Origin: Macrostomum hystrix | Lineage: Eukaryota > Animalia > Platyhelminthes | Assembly: GCA_950097015.1 (NCBI GenBank) | Contig: CATNEN010000025.1 | Location: 5,270,001-5,334,000, forward strand | Reading direction: 5' to 3' | DNA length: 64,000 bases | Shown: in pieces, positions 37,695 through 51,574 of the stretch | Layout: every line of letters starts with the position of its first letter | How positions within the stretch are numbered: the stretch's first letter is position 1 | The notes under the pieces: generated by a model | What the model was told of the DNA's origin: nothing | The model's database searches: none | The model's input: the letters and a program-made list of their open reading frames with translations, nothing else | Translations under genes and position numbers: made by a program

Positions 37695-40043
37695 ACAAAC
37701 CAGAAACCCTGCAAACAAGAAACTGCACAGACCAGATACTTCACAAACCAGATGCTTCACAAACCAGATGCTTCACAAACCAGATACTTCACAAACCAGA
37801 TACTTCACAAACCAGATACTTCACAAACCAGATGCTTCACAAACCAGATACTTCACAAACCAGATACTTCACAAACCAGATACTTCACAAACCAGATACT
37901 TCACAAACCAGATACTTCACAAACCAGATACTTCACAAACCAGATGCTTCACAAACCAGATGCTTCACAAACCAGATGCTTCACAAACCAGATGCTTCAC
38001 AAACCAGATACTTCACAAACCAGATACTCCACAAACCAGATACTTCACAAACCAGATACTTCACAAACCAGATACTTCACAAACCAGATACTTCACAAAC
38101 CAGATGCTTTACAAACCAGATGCTTCACAAACCAGATTCTTCACAAACCAGATGCTTCACAAACCAGATTCTTCACAAACCAGATTCTTCACAAACCAGA
38201 TGCTTCACAAACCAGATTCTTCACAAACCAGATGCTTCACAAACCAGATTCTTCACAAACCAGATTCTTCACAAACCAGATGCTTCACAAACCAGATATT
38301 TCACAAACCAGATACTTCACAAACCAGATACTTCACAAACCAGATGCTTCACAAAACAGATACTTCACAAACCAGATACTTCACAAACCAGATACTTCAC
38401 AAACCAGATACTTCACAAACCAGATGCTTCACAAACCAGATACTTCACAAACCAGATGCTTCACAAACCAGATGCTTTACAAACCAGATGCTTCACAAAC
38501 CAGATTCTTCACAAACCAGATGCTTCACAAACCAGATACTTCACAAACCAGATACTTCACAAACCAGATACTTCACAAACCAGATACTTCACAAACCAGA
38601 TACTTCACAAACCAGATACTTCACATAAACAGATACTTCACAAACCAGATACTTCACAAACCAGATACTTCACAAACCAGATACTTCACAAACCAGATAC
38701 TTCACAAACCAGATTCTTCACAAACCAGATACTTCACAAACAAGATTCTTCACAAACCAGATGCTTCACAAACCAGATTCTTCACAAACCAGATTCTTCA
38801 CAAACCAGATGCTTCACAAACCAGATATTTCACAAACCAGATACTTCACAAACCAGATACTTCACAAACCAGATACTTCACAAACCAGATACTCCACAAA
38901 CCAGATACTCCACAAACCAGATGCTTCACAAACCAGATACTTCACAAACCAGATACTTCACAAAACAGATACTTCACAAACCAGATACTTCACAAACCAG
39001 ATACTTCACAAACCAGATACTTCACAAACCAGATACTTCACAAACCAGGTACTTCACAAACCAGATACTTCACAAACCAGATACTTCACAAACCAGATAC
39101 TTCACAAACAAGATACTTCACAAACAAGATTCTTCACAAACCAGATACTTCACAAACCAGATACTTCACAAACCAGATTCTTCACAAACAAGATACTTCA
39201 CAAACAAGATTCTTCACAAACCAGATACTTCACAAACCAGATACTTCACAAACCAGATGCTTCACAAACCAGATACTTCACAAACAAGATACTTCACAAA
39301 CCAGATACTTCACAAAACAGATACTTCACAAACAAGATACTTCACAAACAAGATTCTTCACAAACCAGATACTTCACAAACCAGATACTTCACAAACCAG
39401 ATACTTCACAAACCAGATACTTCACAAACCAGATACTTCACAAACCAGATACTTCACAAACCAGATACTTCACAAACCAGATACTTCACAAACCAGATAC
39501 TTCACATAAACAGATACTTCACAAACAAGATACTTCACAAACAAGATTCTTCACAAACCAGATACTTCACAAACCAGATACTTCACAAACCAGATTCTTC
39601 ACAAACAAGATACTTCACAAACAAGATTCTTCACAAACCAGATACTTCACAAACCAGATGCTTCACAAACCAGATACTTCACAAACAAGATACTTCACAA
39701 ACCAGATACTTCACAAAACAGATACTTCACAAACAAGATACTTCACAAACAAGATTCTTCACAAACCAGATACTTCACAAACCAGATACTTCACAAACCA
39801 GATACTTCACAAACCAGATGCTTCACAAACCAGATACTTCACAAACAAGATACTTCACAAACCAGATACTTCACAAACCAGATACTTCACAAACCAGATA
39901 CTTCACAAACCAGATACTTCACAAACCAGATACTTCACAAACAAGATACTTCACAAACAAGATACTTCACAAACAAGATTCTTCACAAACCAGATACTTC
40001 ACAAACAAGATACTTCACAAACAAGATTCTTCACAAACCAGAT
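37695..40043. repeat. 16-bp satellite (CTTCACAAACCAGATA), block 1 of 3
   Basis: Read directly; explains ORFs 37692-40114. Confidence 0.97.
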
Positions 40044-40212
40044 ATAATAATAATAATTGCTGCAGGCTGCAGGCAATGGCACATCATTTGGTTGCTAATT
40101 TCGCTGACTCCTGAGCACACACGCACACAGACACCGTACGCTGACACACTTACACAGGTGTGAACATCTGTCCTGACTTTCTCATCGTCAGGTAGTGTAC
40201 ACTTTCACTGTG
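40044..40212 (-). mobile_element. 5'-truncated family B SINE with (TTA)n tail abutting the 16-bp satellite; duplicated at 42034-42202
   Basis: ATAATAATAATTGC..GGCTGCAGG..TGGCACATCATT..ATTTCGCTGACTCCTGAGCACACACGCACACAGA..CTGACTTTCTCATCGTCAGG matches ~1135-1330, with a ~40-bp deletion. Confidence 0.82.
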
Positions 40213-40571
40213 TGCTGTGTAAAAATGAACTCAGTTAATAATTTTTTTTAGATCTCTTTGTAAATCATTTACTTCACTCACACTGCTCTACTGAATTTTT
40301 GCAAGTAGTAAAGGCTGGGTAATGACAAATATTTATATATTTACTATTCGTTTCTAATATGGTATCAGTGTTGATAGAATTTAAATGCCGAGGTTTGTCG
40401 GCGTTGTGTTTGCTGGAAAAGCCGATGGCATCAATATTCATGATGCTCAGAGCTGCAGGGGTTAGTCAGGAAGAGCATTGCATTTATTTATAGGCAGTGC
40501 TTCGTATGTGAAAAATACATTAGTAAGATATCTCTTTGAGCAGACTTTTACAAGCTGCATGGTGTAAATAC

Positions 40572-40820
40572 ATGGTGAGTCTAGTTGTTAGAGCATCCGA
40601 ATCACGACTTAAAGGTCGGAAGTTCGATTCCTGTCCTTCAGCAAGACACTAAACTCTGCATTGGTTCAGTTCACCCACCTGTTAAATGGGTACCAGCATT
40701 GTCTGGGGTAATTGAGGATGGGTGTGGCGTCCGCCCAGTCCATGGACTGAACAGCCGTACACAGTCTTCAGATGCGCTGTCGTCTGTACATCTGGCTTAA
40801 TTGTAATCAAATTGTTATTT
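40572..40820 (+). mobile_element. Family A SINE copy; duplicated at 42562-42810
   Basis: TCACGACTTAAAGGTCGGAAGTTCGATTCC, CAGCAAGACACTAAACTCTG, CAGTCCATGGACTGAACAGCCGTAC. Confidence 0.85.
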
Positions 40821-42033
40821 CCCAGATTTGTATGTAAAACTTTGCATCTTCTGTTCAGTGTCAAGTCATGCTAGCTGAAAAAGTGCACGTATATATTCCT
40901 TGATAATTATTCCAAGAAGTCGGGCATAATCAATACATCTTCAAAAATGTGACAGGTGATTTCGATTCGCTGGTCGGAGAAAAAGAGCTTGCTGAAATCA
41001 TCATTTCATTGCACCCTGGCTATATTCCTGCAATTCTATTCAATGTGCGCATAACAGAAAGACGAATTCTGTAGTAATTAAATAGTGCAATTACTGGAAA
41101 GGGTATCATTATTTGGATTCAGACAGACAAAATTCAAAACCATTAAAAACTTGCTTTTTGAAGACATATTAGCTAAATCAGCAAGCCTTAAAAAACTAAT
41201 AAATTCTCAAACGATTGATGTCGGTAACGTCGAGTATGGTTGCAGAGATTGATCACAAACCATATTCTCCACAAACCAGATACTTCACAAACCAGATACT
41301 TCACAAACCAGATACTTCACAAACCAGATGCTTCACAAAACAGATTCTTCACAAACCAGATACTTCACAAACCAGATACTTCACAAACCAGATGCTTCAC
41401 AAACCAGATCCTTCACAAACAAGATCCTTCACCAACCAGATACTTCACAAACCAGATGCTTCACAAACCAGATACTTCACAAACAAGATACTTCACAAAC
41501 CAGATACTTCACAAACCAGATACTTCACAAACCAGATACTTCACATACCAGATTCTCCACAAACCAGATACTTCACAAACCAGATACTTCACAAACCAGA
41601 TACTTCACAAACAAGATACTTCACAAACCAGATACTTCACAAACCAGATACTTCACAAACCAGATACTTCACAAACCAGATACTTCACAAACCAGATACT
41701 CCACAAACCAGATACTCCACAAACCAGATGCTTCACAAACCAGATACTTCACAAACCAGATACTTCACAAAACAGATACTTCACAAACCAGATGCTTCAC
41801 AAACCAGATACTTCACAAACCAGATACTTCACAAACCAGATACTTCACAAACCAGATACTTCACAAACCAGATACTTCACAAACCAGATACTTCACAAAC
41901 CAGATACTTCACAAACCAGATGCTTCACAAACCAGATACTTCACAAACAAGATACTTCACAAACCAGATACTTCACAAACCAGATACTTCACAAACAAGA
42001 TACTTCACAAACAAGATTCTTCACAAACCAGAT

Positions 42034-44023
42034 ATAATAATAATAATTGCTGCAGGCTGCAGGCAATGGCACATCATTTGGTTGCTAATTTCGCTGACTC
42101 CTGAGCACACACGCACACAGACACCGTACGCTGACACACTTACACAGGTGTGAACATCTGTCCTGACTTTCTCATCGTCAGGTAGTGTACACTTTCACTG
42201 TGTGCTGTGTAAAAATGAACTCAGTTAATAATTTTTTTTAGATCTCTTTGTAAATCATTTACTTCACTCACACTGCTCTACTGAATTTTTGCAAGTAGTA
42301 AAGGCTGGGTAATGACAAATATTTATATATTTACTATTCGTTTCTAATATGGTATCAGTGTTGATAGAATTTAAATGCCGAGGTTTGTCGGCGTTGTGTT
42401 TGCTGGAAAAGCCGATGGCATCAATATTCATGATGCTCAGAGCTGCAGGGGTTAGTCAGGAAGAGCATTGCATTTATTTATAGGCAGTGCTTCGTATGTG
42501 AAAAATACATTAGTAAGATATCTCTTTGAGCAGACTTTTACAAGCTGCATGGTGTAAATACATGGTGAGTCTAGTTGTTAGAGCATCCGAATCACGACTT
42601 AAAGGTCGGAAGTTCGATTCCTGTCCTTCAGCAAGACACTAAACTCTGCATTGGTTCAGTTCACCCACCTGTTAAATGGGTACCAGCATTGTCTGGGGTA
42701 ATTGAGGATGGGTGTGGCGTCCGCCCAGTCCATGGACTGAACAGCCGTACACAGTCTTCAGATGCGCTGTCGTCTGTACATCTGGCTTAATTGTAATCAA
42801 ATTGTTATTTCCCAGATTTGTATGTAAAACTTTGCATCTTCTGTTCAGTGTCAAGTCATGCTAGCTGAAAAAGTGCACGTATATATTCCTTGATAATTAT
42901 TCCAAGAAGTCGGGCATAATCAATACATCTTCAAAAATGTGACAGGTGATTTCGATTCGCTGGTCGGAGAAAAAGAGCTTGCTGAAATCATCATTTCATT
43001 GCACCCTGGCTATATTCCTGCAATTCTATTCAATGTGCGCATAACAGAAAGACGAATTCTGTAGTAATTAAATAGTGCAATTACTGGAAAGGGTATCATT
43101 ATTTGGATTCAGACAGACAAAATTCAAAACCATTAAAAACTTGCTTTTTGAAGACATATTAGCTAAATCAGCAAGCCTTAAAAAACTAATAAATTCTCAA
43201 ACGATTGATGTCGGTAACGTCGAGTATGGTTGCAGAGATTGATCACAAACCATATTCTCCACAAACCAGATACTTCACAAACCAGATACTTCACAAACCA
43301 GATACTTCACAAACCAGATGCTTCACAAAACAGATATTTCACAAACCAGATACTTCACAAACCAGATACTTCACAAACCAGATGCTTCACAAACCAGATC
43401 CTTCACCAACCAGATCCTTCACCAACCAGATACTTCACAAACCAGATGCTTCACAAACCAGATACTTCACAAACCAGATGCTTCACAAACCAGATACTTC
43501 ACAAACCAGATACTTCACAAACCAGATACTTCACAAACCAGATACTTCACAAACCAGATACTTCACATACCAGATTCTCCACAAACCAGATACTTCACAA
43601 ACCAGATACTTCACAAACCAGATACTTCACAAACCAGATACTTCACAAACCAGATGCTTCACAAACCAGATACTTCACAAACCAGATACTTCACAAACCA
43701 GATACTTCACAAACCAGATACTTCACAAACCTGATGCTTCACAAACCAGATACTTCACAAACCAGATACTTCACAAACCAGATACTTCACAAAACAGATA
43801 CTTCACAAACCAGATACTTCACAAACCAGATACTTCACAAACCAGATACTTCACAAAACAGATATTTCACAAACCAGATACTTCACAAACCAGATACTTC
43901 ACAAACCAGATGCTTCACAAACCAGATCCTTCACCAACCAGATCCTTCACCAACCAGATACTTCACAAACCAGATACTTCACAAACCAGATACTTCACAA
44001 ACCAGATACTTCACCAACCAGAT
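42034..44023. repeat. Unit 2 of the 1990-bp tandem duplication (spacer + 16-bp array 43258-44023)
   Basis: Spacer appears identical to 40044-41267; the satellite portion differs in variant order. Confidence 0.92.
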
Positions 44024-44554
44024 TTTTGCACACTTGAAGATCAAATGTATCTGGTAATCATTGCTTAAAGTTCACTGTGAACCTTTTTTGAGTTGTATCG
44101 AAATTAATCCTGCCATTAGGAAAGTCGAGTCAGATGTAGAATATCGGTTGCAGCTTTTGAAAATTCAGTTTTATGTATAGTTGTTAAAAATATCACGAAA
44201 ATGGGCGTCTGTCCAACAGAAAAGGAAATGTTGCAAGCATACTTTTTTAATGCTCAGAAACATACTCCGAGCAGGGAAGAAATTCTTTGTAACTGTTTGC
44301 TGGGATTAAAAGATTAGCTTGTCCTACGTTCGAGCATTGAGTAAGAAAAATGGCGGATCTTTGTGGGACTCAATTTGGCTAGATTTCTCCCAATCTTTCC
44401 AGAATTTCGGCTGTGATCAAAAGAGGAAGGCTAAGATAGGTTTGTACTGTCAGAAACAGTCTAAAGTCTTAATCATTTCTCATATTTCTCACACTCTTTT
44501 CTTCCCACCACCCGTTTCTGATGCATCTGTCAGATCTCATGCACCATGCACATT

Positions 44555-45110
44555 CTCACACAGCTTTCCATTTCTCATGTCTCTCTCATACTCTTTCTCA
44601 CTCAGATTTCCGTTTCTCATATCTCTCTCACACTCTTTCTCACTCAGATTTCCGGTTCTCATATCTCTCTCACACTCTTTCTCACTCAGATTTCCGGTTC
44701 TCATATCTCTCTCATACTCTTTCTCACTCAGATTTCCGTTTCTCATATCTCTCTCATACTCTTTCTCACTCAGATTTCCATTTCTCATATCTCTCTCATA
44801 CTCTTTCTCACTCAGATTTCCGTTTCTCATATCTCTCTCATACTCTTTCTCACTCATATTTCCGTTTCTCATATCTCTCTCATACTCTTTCTCACTTAGA
44901 TTTCCGTTTCTCATATCTAGCTCTCATACTCTTTCTCACTTAGATTTCCATTTCTCATGTCACTCTCACAGCTTTCTATTTCTCATGTCTCTCTCATACT
45001 CTTTCTCTGTCACAGCTTTCCATTTGTCATGTCTCTGTCACAGCTTTCCATTTGTCATGTCTCTCTCACACCCTTTTTCATCCAGCTTTCCATTTCTCAA
45101 ACATGTCACA
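44555..45110. repeat. 42-bp pyrimidine-rich minisatellite (CTCTCTCATACTCTTTCTCACTCAGATTTCCGTTTCTCATAT)
   Basis: 14-aa periodicity in three ORFs; read directly. Confidence 0.93.
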
Positions 45111-45520
45111 TGTCAAACATCCTCAGCCTCACCTTGTCTTTCTCGATAATTTCTCTCACGCACAGTTCCTCATTACCAAGCCAGCTTTTTGTCATTGATA
45201 TAACTGAATAAAGTGCAAGCTACTGCGAGCTATTTAGTTAGTATAGCTGGATGGTGTGCCAAATATACGGAGCTTCTGCCAGTCGAAGTTGAACAGGAAG
45301 ATACAGAGAGATACAGAGCACTAGACGCTGTAGAAGATTGATCTAATTTTGTTAGAGACCCTGTGGCCATACTCCAAGCATGCAGGCAGTCTTCAATTAT
45401 TGTTGCAGAAGAGATAAGGCGACAAATAGCTCGAGATGTTAGAGTTAGCGACGGCTCTTTCTTACAGGAAGTGCGCGGTGAAGCCTCGTCTACTATATTC
45501 TTTGAGTTTATTAGTGTCGG

Positions 45521-45521
<1 letters not shown>

Positions 45522-45554
<33 letters not shown>
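45522..45554. repeat. (AGC)11 microsatellite
   Basis: Read directly. Confidence 0.92.
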
Positions 45555-45784
45555 TAACGATTGATGCACTGGCCAACTTTGACAAATGGATTGTGAGATA
45601 ATAAAGGCACTCTCGAAAACTTCCTTTGAACTTAGTCCATGAATATTTTTCTTAATAAAGCTGTGTGCTGACCCGAACAAGACGTCTTCAATTTGCTATG
45701 GACTATAAAATAAGCAATATAAATATGCATAAAATTTTCATCAGTTAGAATCAGTCGCGTGGCGGGGTACGATTGGGGGATGAT

Positions 45785-46005
45785 TAAGAAGCTCTATAGG
45801 TTAACGCTTCGGAAATCTGACAGGGAGGTCGGGAGTTCGATTCGCAAACCAAGGGAAACAAATTGTATTTTTTAATACGACGCCTAATTCCCAAGTGCTT
45901 GATTTCAGACGAGCTGTAAAATGGGTACCAGCAAGAGCTGGGTTTGAAATTCGGGTTGGGTGGGGCGTGGCCTGACCAGTCCACGGACTGAACAGCTGTA
46001 CACAC
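45785..46005 (+). mobile_element. Diverged family A-related SINE
   Basis: GAGGTCGGGAGTTCGATTCGC (B-box), AGCTGTAAAATGGGTACCAGC (CORE-like), CCAGTCCACGGACTGAACAGCTGTAC. Confidence 0.7.
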
Positions 46006-46182
46006 TATACCATTACAAGGGCAGCGCAATAGCTTCAGCTGTGCCACTGGTTGTACGTCTTGCTCAACTGAGCATATAGCTCAGGCCTTATTCCCCAATT
46101 GAGCCGTGAGAAGGTCCTCCGTAGATAGCATCTGGACTGGGAATTAGACTGAATATGTTTTAGGACAATCTTTTCCCATACT

Positions 46183-46498
46183 GTAATAAATAATTAGAGG
46201 AGGCTTGCAAGCAATGGAAAATAATTTGGTGACACTAGACCCGCAGCCAGCGAGGAGGCAATTCTGCTGACTCCTGAGCACAGATACTGTACGCAGGCAC
46301 ACGCTCACACAGGTGTGTACATCTGCCCTGACTTTCTCATCGTCAGGCACTGTACACTTTCACTGTGCCTTGGAGGTTGGCCCTCAAGGCCGTAAATTGC
46401 ACGACAAGCCCCCAAGCCTTCTCTCCGCGGCTGCGCTCCAAATGAACGTGGTCTCGTTGAGGAATCGAGCTCAGGGACCTTGGTGCGAGACCACCCAT
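46183..46498 (-). mobile_element. Family B SINE, head partly lost
   Basis: AGACCCGCAGCCAGCGAGGAGGCAATTCTG through GGGACCTTGGTGCGAGA is collinear with ~1183-1455. Minus-strand B-box-like GAGCTCGATTCC. Confidence 0.85.
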
Positions 46499-46983
46499 TT
46501 CCCATACTGAGAAACTCTCGCACATCATGAGGCCGGTAGCATTCGCATGAAAATACTGTCTTCTAAACAAGTTTGAAAAAGAGGCGACCTGGCGATCGTT
46601 TCATAACCATTATGTTTTTCTCCCGATCTCTGACTCACAGCCAAGTTATTTTTTCTTCCATTTTCTTTCATTTTTTCGCCCCTAAGCGAGCGACGCTTGC
46701 AATTGTGCATTTTAGCACGGTCTCTGTCCAGCTAGTGGTGTAATCCAGGCACACACCGACCGTCAATACCAATCCATGAGCTATAGCCACAGTGGCACCA
46801 GAAAATTAACAAAAAGAAATTGAGGACTGACAACGAAGCGATCAGTAGCATTGACGGCAGCTGTCAAAGTTCTTTGATCGGTATAAAAAACGGAGTTGCA
46901 GTTACAGGTTTAAACTTTTTTGTTCACTCAATTGAAGCTTCAATGCAACAGTTCATAAATTGAAAATTCATAACTCGTTTTGC

Positions 46984-47041
46984 GATCAATAATGATCGTT
47001 GTAGGGCATAAGATCAATAATGATCGTTGTAGGGCATAAGA
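46984..47041. repeat. Perfect 28-bp tandem duplication (GATCAATAATGATCGTTGTAGGGCATAA x2)
   Basis: Read directly. Confidence 0.9.
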
Positions 47042-47190
47042 ATCCCATTTCTACTGCATTGGTCTTGTGGGATTTCGCATGAACATTGGCAAAATAATTA
47101 TGAAATTCAGTTTGAATAATATTTGTGATAAATTAATGCATCTTTGAAGCAACGGAAGATCTTGGGCTGGCATGAACAACGATTTTTTTC

Positions 47191-47772
<582 letters not shown>

Positions 47773-48589
47773 ACTCATTAGTCTTCACTTTCGTCTCTTA
47801 CCCTTCTGTCTAAGACGAAATCCACTATCCACTTCCACTATGGCAATGAGTCACAATTAAGTGGACAAGACTATGGAATTAGGAAAAGGAATTAGAGAAT
47901 AAATACCCTAGACCCTGGAGCGCCCATCCATTTGTACAAGACAGGTTGTAAACTTTGGCATTCTCTGATTTCACCTATCCTTAGCCTAGTGCTATTTTCA
48001 CACATGCTAACCTAATGCATTGGTGCGGTACCGACCATTGGGATACTGGAACAGACACATGATAAGAGCGATGGTGGATACGTGTGCAGGCGACAACTGC
48101 CAATATCTTTCTCTCTTTTCAAAATCCAGCAGCATCTTCTTTTGCTGCTTTCAAAGTCATGTCGGCATGCGCCAGCGATACAAAAGTACATTTCGGCATG
48201 GCAGACACGAGCTCCGCATGCGCAAGTTGTCTTTGTGCCCTTTTTTCTTTAGGGAAAAAATAGATTTTTGTCTACAGGAAATCTGACGTTGAAGTGCGAC
48301 CGGAGAAAAAACGCGGTCAATGCAAAAAATTGGCTATGCTGAAGCAGAACGGGAGTGTCAGAGTGAGAAATCTGCGAATGGGTCGATGCAGTTCTTTGTC
48401 CGTCTGCAACTCGGATCGGCAAAACTAAAGAGCCATGCTGACCAGTGAGAGAATCCATTAGAATTAAGACAGCTAAATGGATTCAAATGAGAGATGGAGG
48501 GAGGGATGAGACAGGGGAGAAAACGAGACAGGGGAAAAATGAGACAGGCGAGAAAGGAGACATGGAACAGGGAAAAGATGAGATAGAGG

Positions 48590-49763
48590 AGAGATGAGAC
48601 AGAAGAGAGATGAGACAGAAGAGAGATGAGACAGAAGAGAGATGAGACAGAAGAGAGATGAGACAAAAGAGAGATGAGACAGAAGAGAGATGAGACAGAG
48701 GAGAGATGAGACAGAGGAGAGATGAGACAGAAGAGAGATTAGACAGAGGAGAGATGAGACAGAAGAGAGATTAGACAGAGGAGAGATGAGACAGAGGAGA
48801 GATGAGACAGAGGAGAGATGAGACAGAAGAGAGATGAGACAGAAGAGAGATGAGACAGAAGAGAGATGAGACAGAAGAGAGATGAGACAGAAGATACATA
48901 AGACAGAGGAGAGATGAGACAGAAGAGAGATGAGACAGAGGAGAGATGAGACAGAGGAGAGATGAGACAGAAGAGAGATGAGACAGAAGAGAGATGAGAC
49001 AGAAGAGAGATGAGACAGAAGAGAGATGAGACAGAAGAGAGATGAGACAGAAGAGAGATGAGACAGAAGAGAGATGAGACAGAGGAGAGATGAGACAGAA
49101 GAGAGATGAGACAGAGGAGAGATGAGACAGAAGAGAGATGAGACAGAGGAGAGATGAAACAGAAGAGAGATGAGACAGAGGAGAGATGAGACAGAAGAGA
49201 GATGAGACAGAAGAGAGATGAGACAGAAGAGAGATGAGACAGAGGAGAGATGAGACAGAGGAGAGATGAGACAGAAGAGAGATGAGACAGAAGAGAGATG
49301 AGACAGAAGAGAGATGAGACAGAAGAGAGATGAGACAGAAGAGAGATGAGACAGAAGAGAGATGAGACAGAAGAGAGATGAGACAGAAGAGAGATGAGAC
49401 AGAAGAGAGATGAGACAGAAGAGAGATGAGACAGAAGAGAGATGAGACAGAAGAGAGATGAGACAGAGGAGAGATGAGACAGAAGAGAGATGAGACAGAG
49501 GAGAGATGAGACAGAAGAGAGATGAGACAGAGGAGAGATGAAACAGAAGAGAGATGAGACAGAGGAGAGATGAAACAGAAGAGAGATGAGACAGAGGAGA
49601 GATGAAACAGAAGAGAGATGAGACAGAGGAGAGATGAAACAGAAGAGAGATGAGACAGAGGAGAGATGAAACAGAAGAGAGATGAGACAGAAGAGAGATG
49701 AAACAGAAGAAAGATGAGACAGAGGAGAGATGAGACAGAAGAGAGATGAGACAGAAGAGAGAT
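48590..49763. repeat. 17-bp purine-rich satellite (GAGATGAGACAGARGAG) with degenerate lead-in from ~48490
   Basis: AGAAGAGAGA at 48601 and 48618. Confidence 0.97.
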
Positions 49764-50565
49764 CCCTTCCAATCTCTGGTCTGAAGCGAAACGTTGATAA
49801 AAAAATGTTTCGAAGGAACTTTTTGCACTTTGATTTGATTCGTAAATATTTTTCTTTCGAAGCTTTGACACTGCCGAAAATAATTAATTAGCAGTGAGAG
49901 CATGAAACTTCTGTGAGATTTTTCAAAGCTAAAAGCAAAATCAGTCGCTATTAAGTTTTGTAATTTAAGCTCCGATCTCAGCAAAAGAAAATTAAGCAAC
50001 AAGTCCTGTGTGCTGAGCGGTAACCTTTGATTACAAAAAAGATTAGCCAACATATAAGCCTACAGTACGAATATTTTTGCCTGTCTCTCATTGCTCGTAT
50101 TTGGCTTAGTGGGGATAAAACAATTCTTGAATTCGTGTAGCTGGCAGCTTATGCTGGTACCGTGTACTCGTACAGTCCCCGGCTAATCGCAGCCGAGTTG
50201 CTAGGGGGGAATTCAAGAAAACAGCAGGGGGTGGGGTGGAAGGCGACTCTCATACGATTGATTTCCCGTCGACTATAAGAGATCTGTGGGGAGAACTGTG
50301 GGAAAACATTTCGTCCGGGGACACGACTAGGGGGGTGAGTGCAATGATAGGAGATGGGAAAACAGACTCCGGGTCTGGGATGCAACGAGGCGAGCAGTCT
50401 GGAAAATTAGAATTCTGATAGCGAATAGCACACCTGGTCTGGCAGGGTCCCGCATCATTCCCATTTTCATTTGGTTCTCATTTTCCCCCGTGTTACCAAC
50501 CGCTTTGGAAGCTCGGACGAGTTTTTGAAAAAAACTGAATTTCAGACGAATTGACTGAACAAAGG

Positions 50566-51352
50566 GGGTTTGTACAGGTGGGTTTGTGTACACTGACTGA
50601 CCGAGTATGTACAGGTGGGTTTTTGTACACTGACTGACCGAGTATGTACAGGTGGGTTTGTGTACACTGACTGAGTATGTACAGGTGGGTTTGTGTACAC
50701 TGACTGACCGAGTATGTACAGGTGAGTTTGTGTACACTGACTGACCGAGTATGTACAGGTGGGTTTGTGTACACTGACTGAGTATGTACAGGTGGGTTTG
50801 TGTACACTGACTGACCGAGTATGTACAGGTGGGTTTGTGTACACTGACTGAGTATGTACAGGTGGGTTTGTGTACACTGACTGACCGAGTATGTACAGGT
50901 GGGTTTGTGTACACTGACTGAGTATGTACAGGTGGGTTTGTGTACACTGACTGACCGAGTATGTACAGGTGGGTTTTTGTACACTGACTGACCGAGTATG
51001 TACAGGTGGGTTTTTGTACACTGACTGAGTATGTACAGGTGGGTTTGTGTACACTGACTGAGCATGTACAGGTGGGTTTGTGTACACTGACTGACCGAGT
51101 ATGTACAGGTGGGTTTGTGTACACTGACTGAGCATGTACAGGTGGGTTTTTGTACACTGACTGACCGAGTATGTACAGGTGGGTTTTTGTACACTGACTG
51201 ACCGAGTATGTACAGGTGGGTTTGTGTACACTGACTGAGTATGTACAGGTGGGTTTGTGTACACTGACTGACCGAGTATGTACAGGTGGGTTTGTGTACA
51301 CTGACTGACCGAGTATGTACAGGTGGGTTTGTGTACACTGACTGAGCATGCA
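50566..51352. repeat. 33/37-bp minisatellite (GTATGTACAGGTGGGTTTGTGTACACTGACTGA[CCGA])
   Basis: Read directly; each unit has two TGTACA palindromes. Confidence 0.95.
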
Positions 51353-51574
51353 CAGTTTGCTGTTAACATTAACTGCGAGCATTTGTTATCTGCAGTCCGG
51401 TAAGAAAAGCTTTTTGATGTATTTTAGAAACAATATCAGCCTAATTTAGCCAATCTACGAGTAATATAAAAGCTCAGTGAACATGACAGGACATTGTTAA
51501 GTGGAGCATGTTAGAATACACAATGCTGTCCAATCAATAAATTAATGAACAGTTACCGCAGCCCCTCCCAGTTT

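Larger units (their letters stand above)
40044..42033. repeat. Unit 1 of a 1990-bp tandem segmental duplication (1.23-kb spacer + 16-bp array 41268-42033)
   Basis: Landmarks at exact 1990 offset: ACATCATTTG at 40081/42071; identical ORFs 40585/42575 and 40682/42672. Confidence 0.92.
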
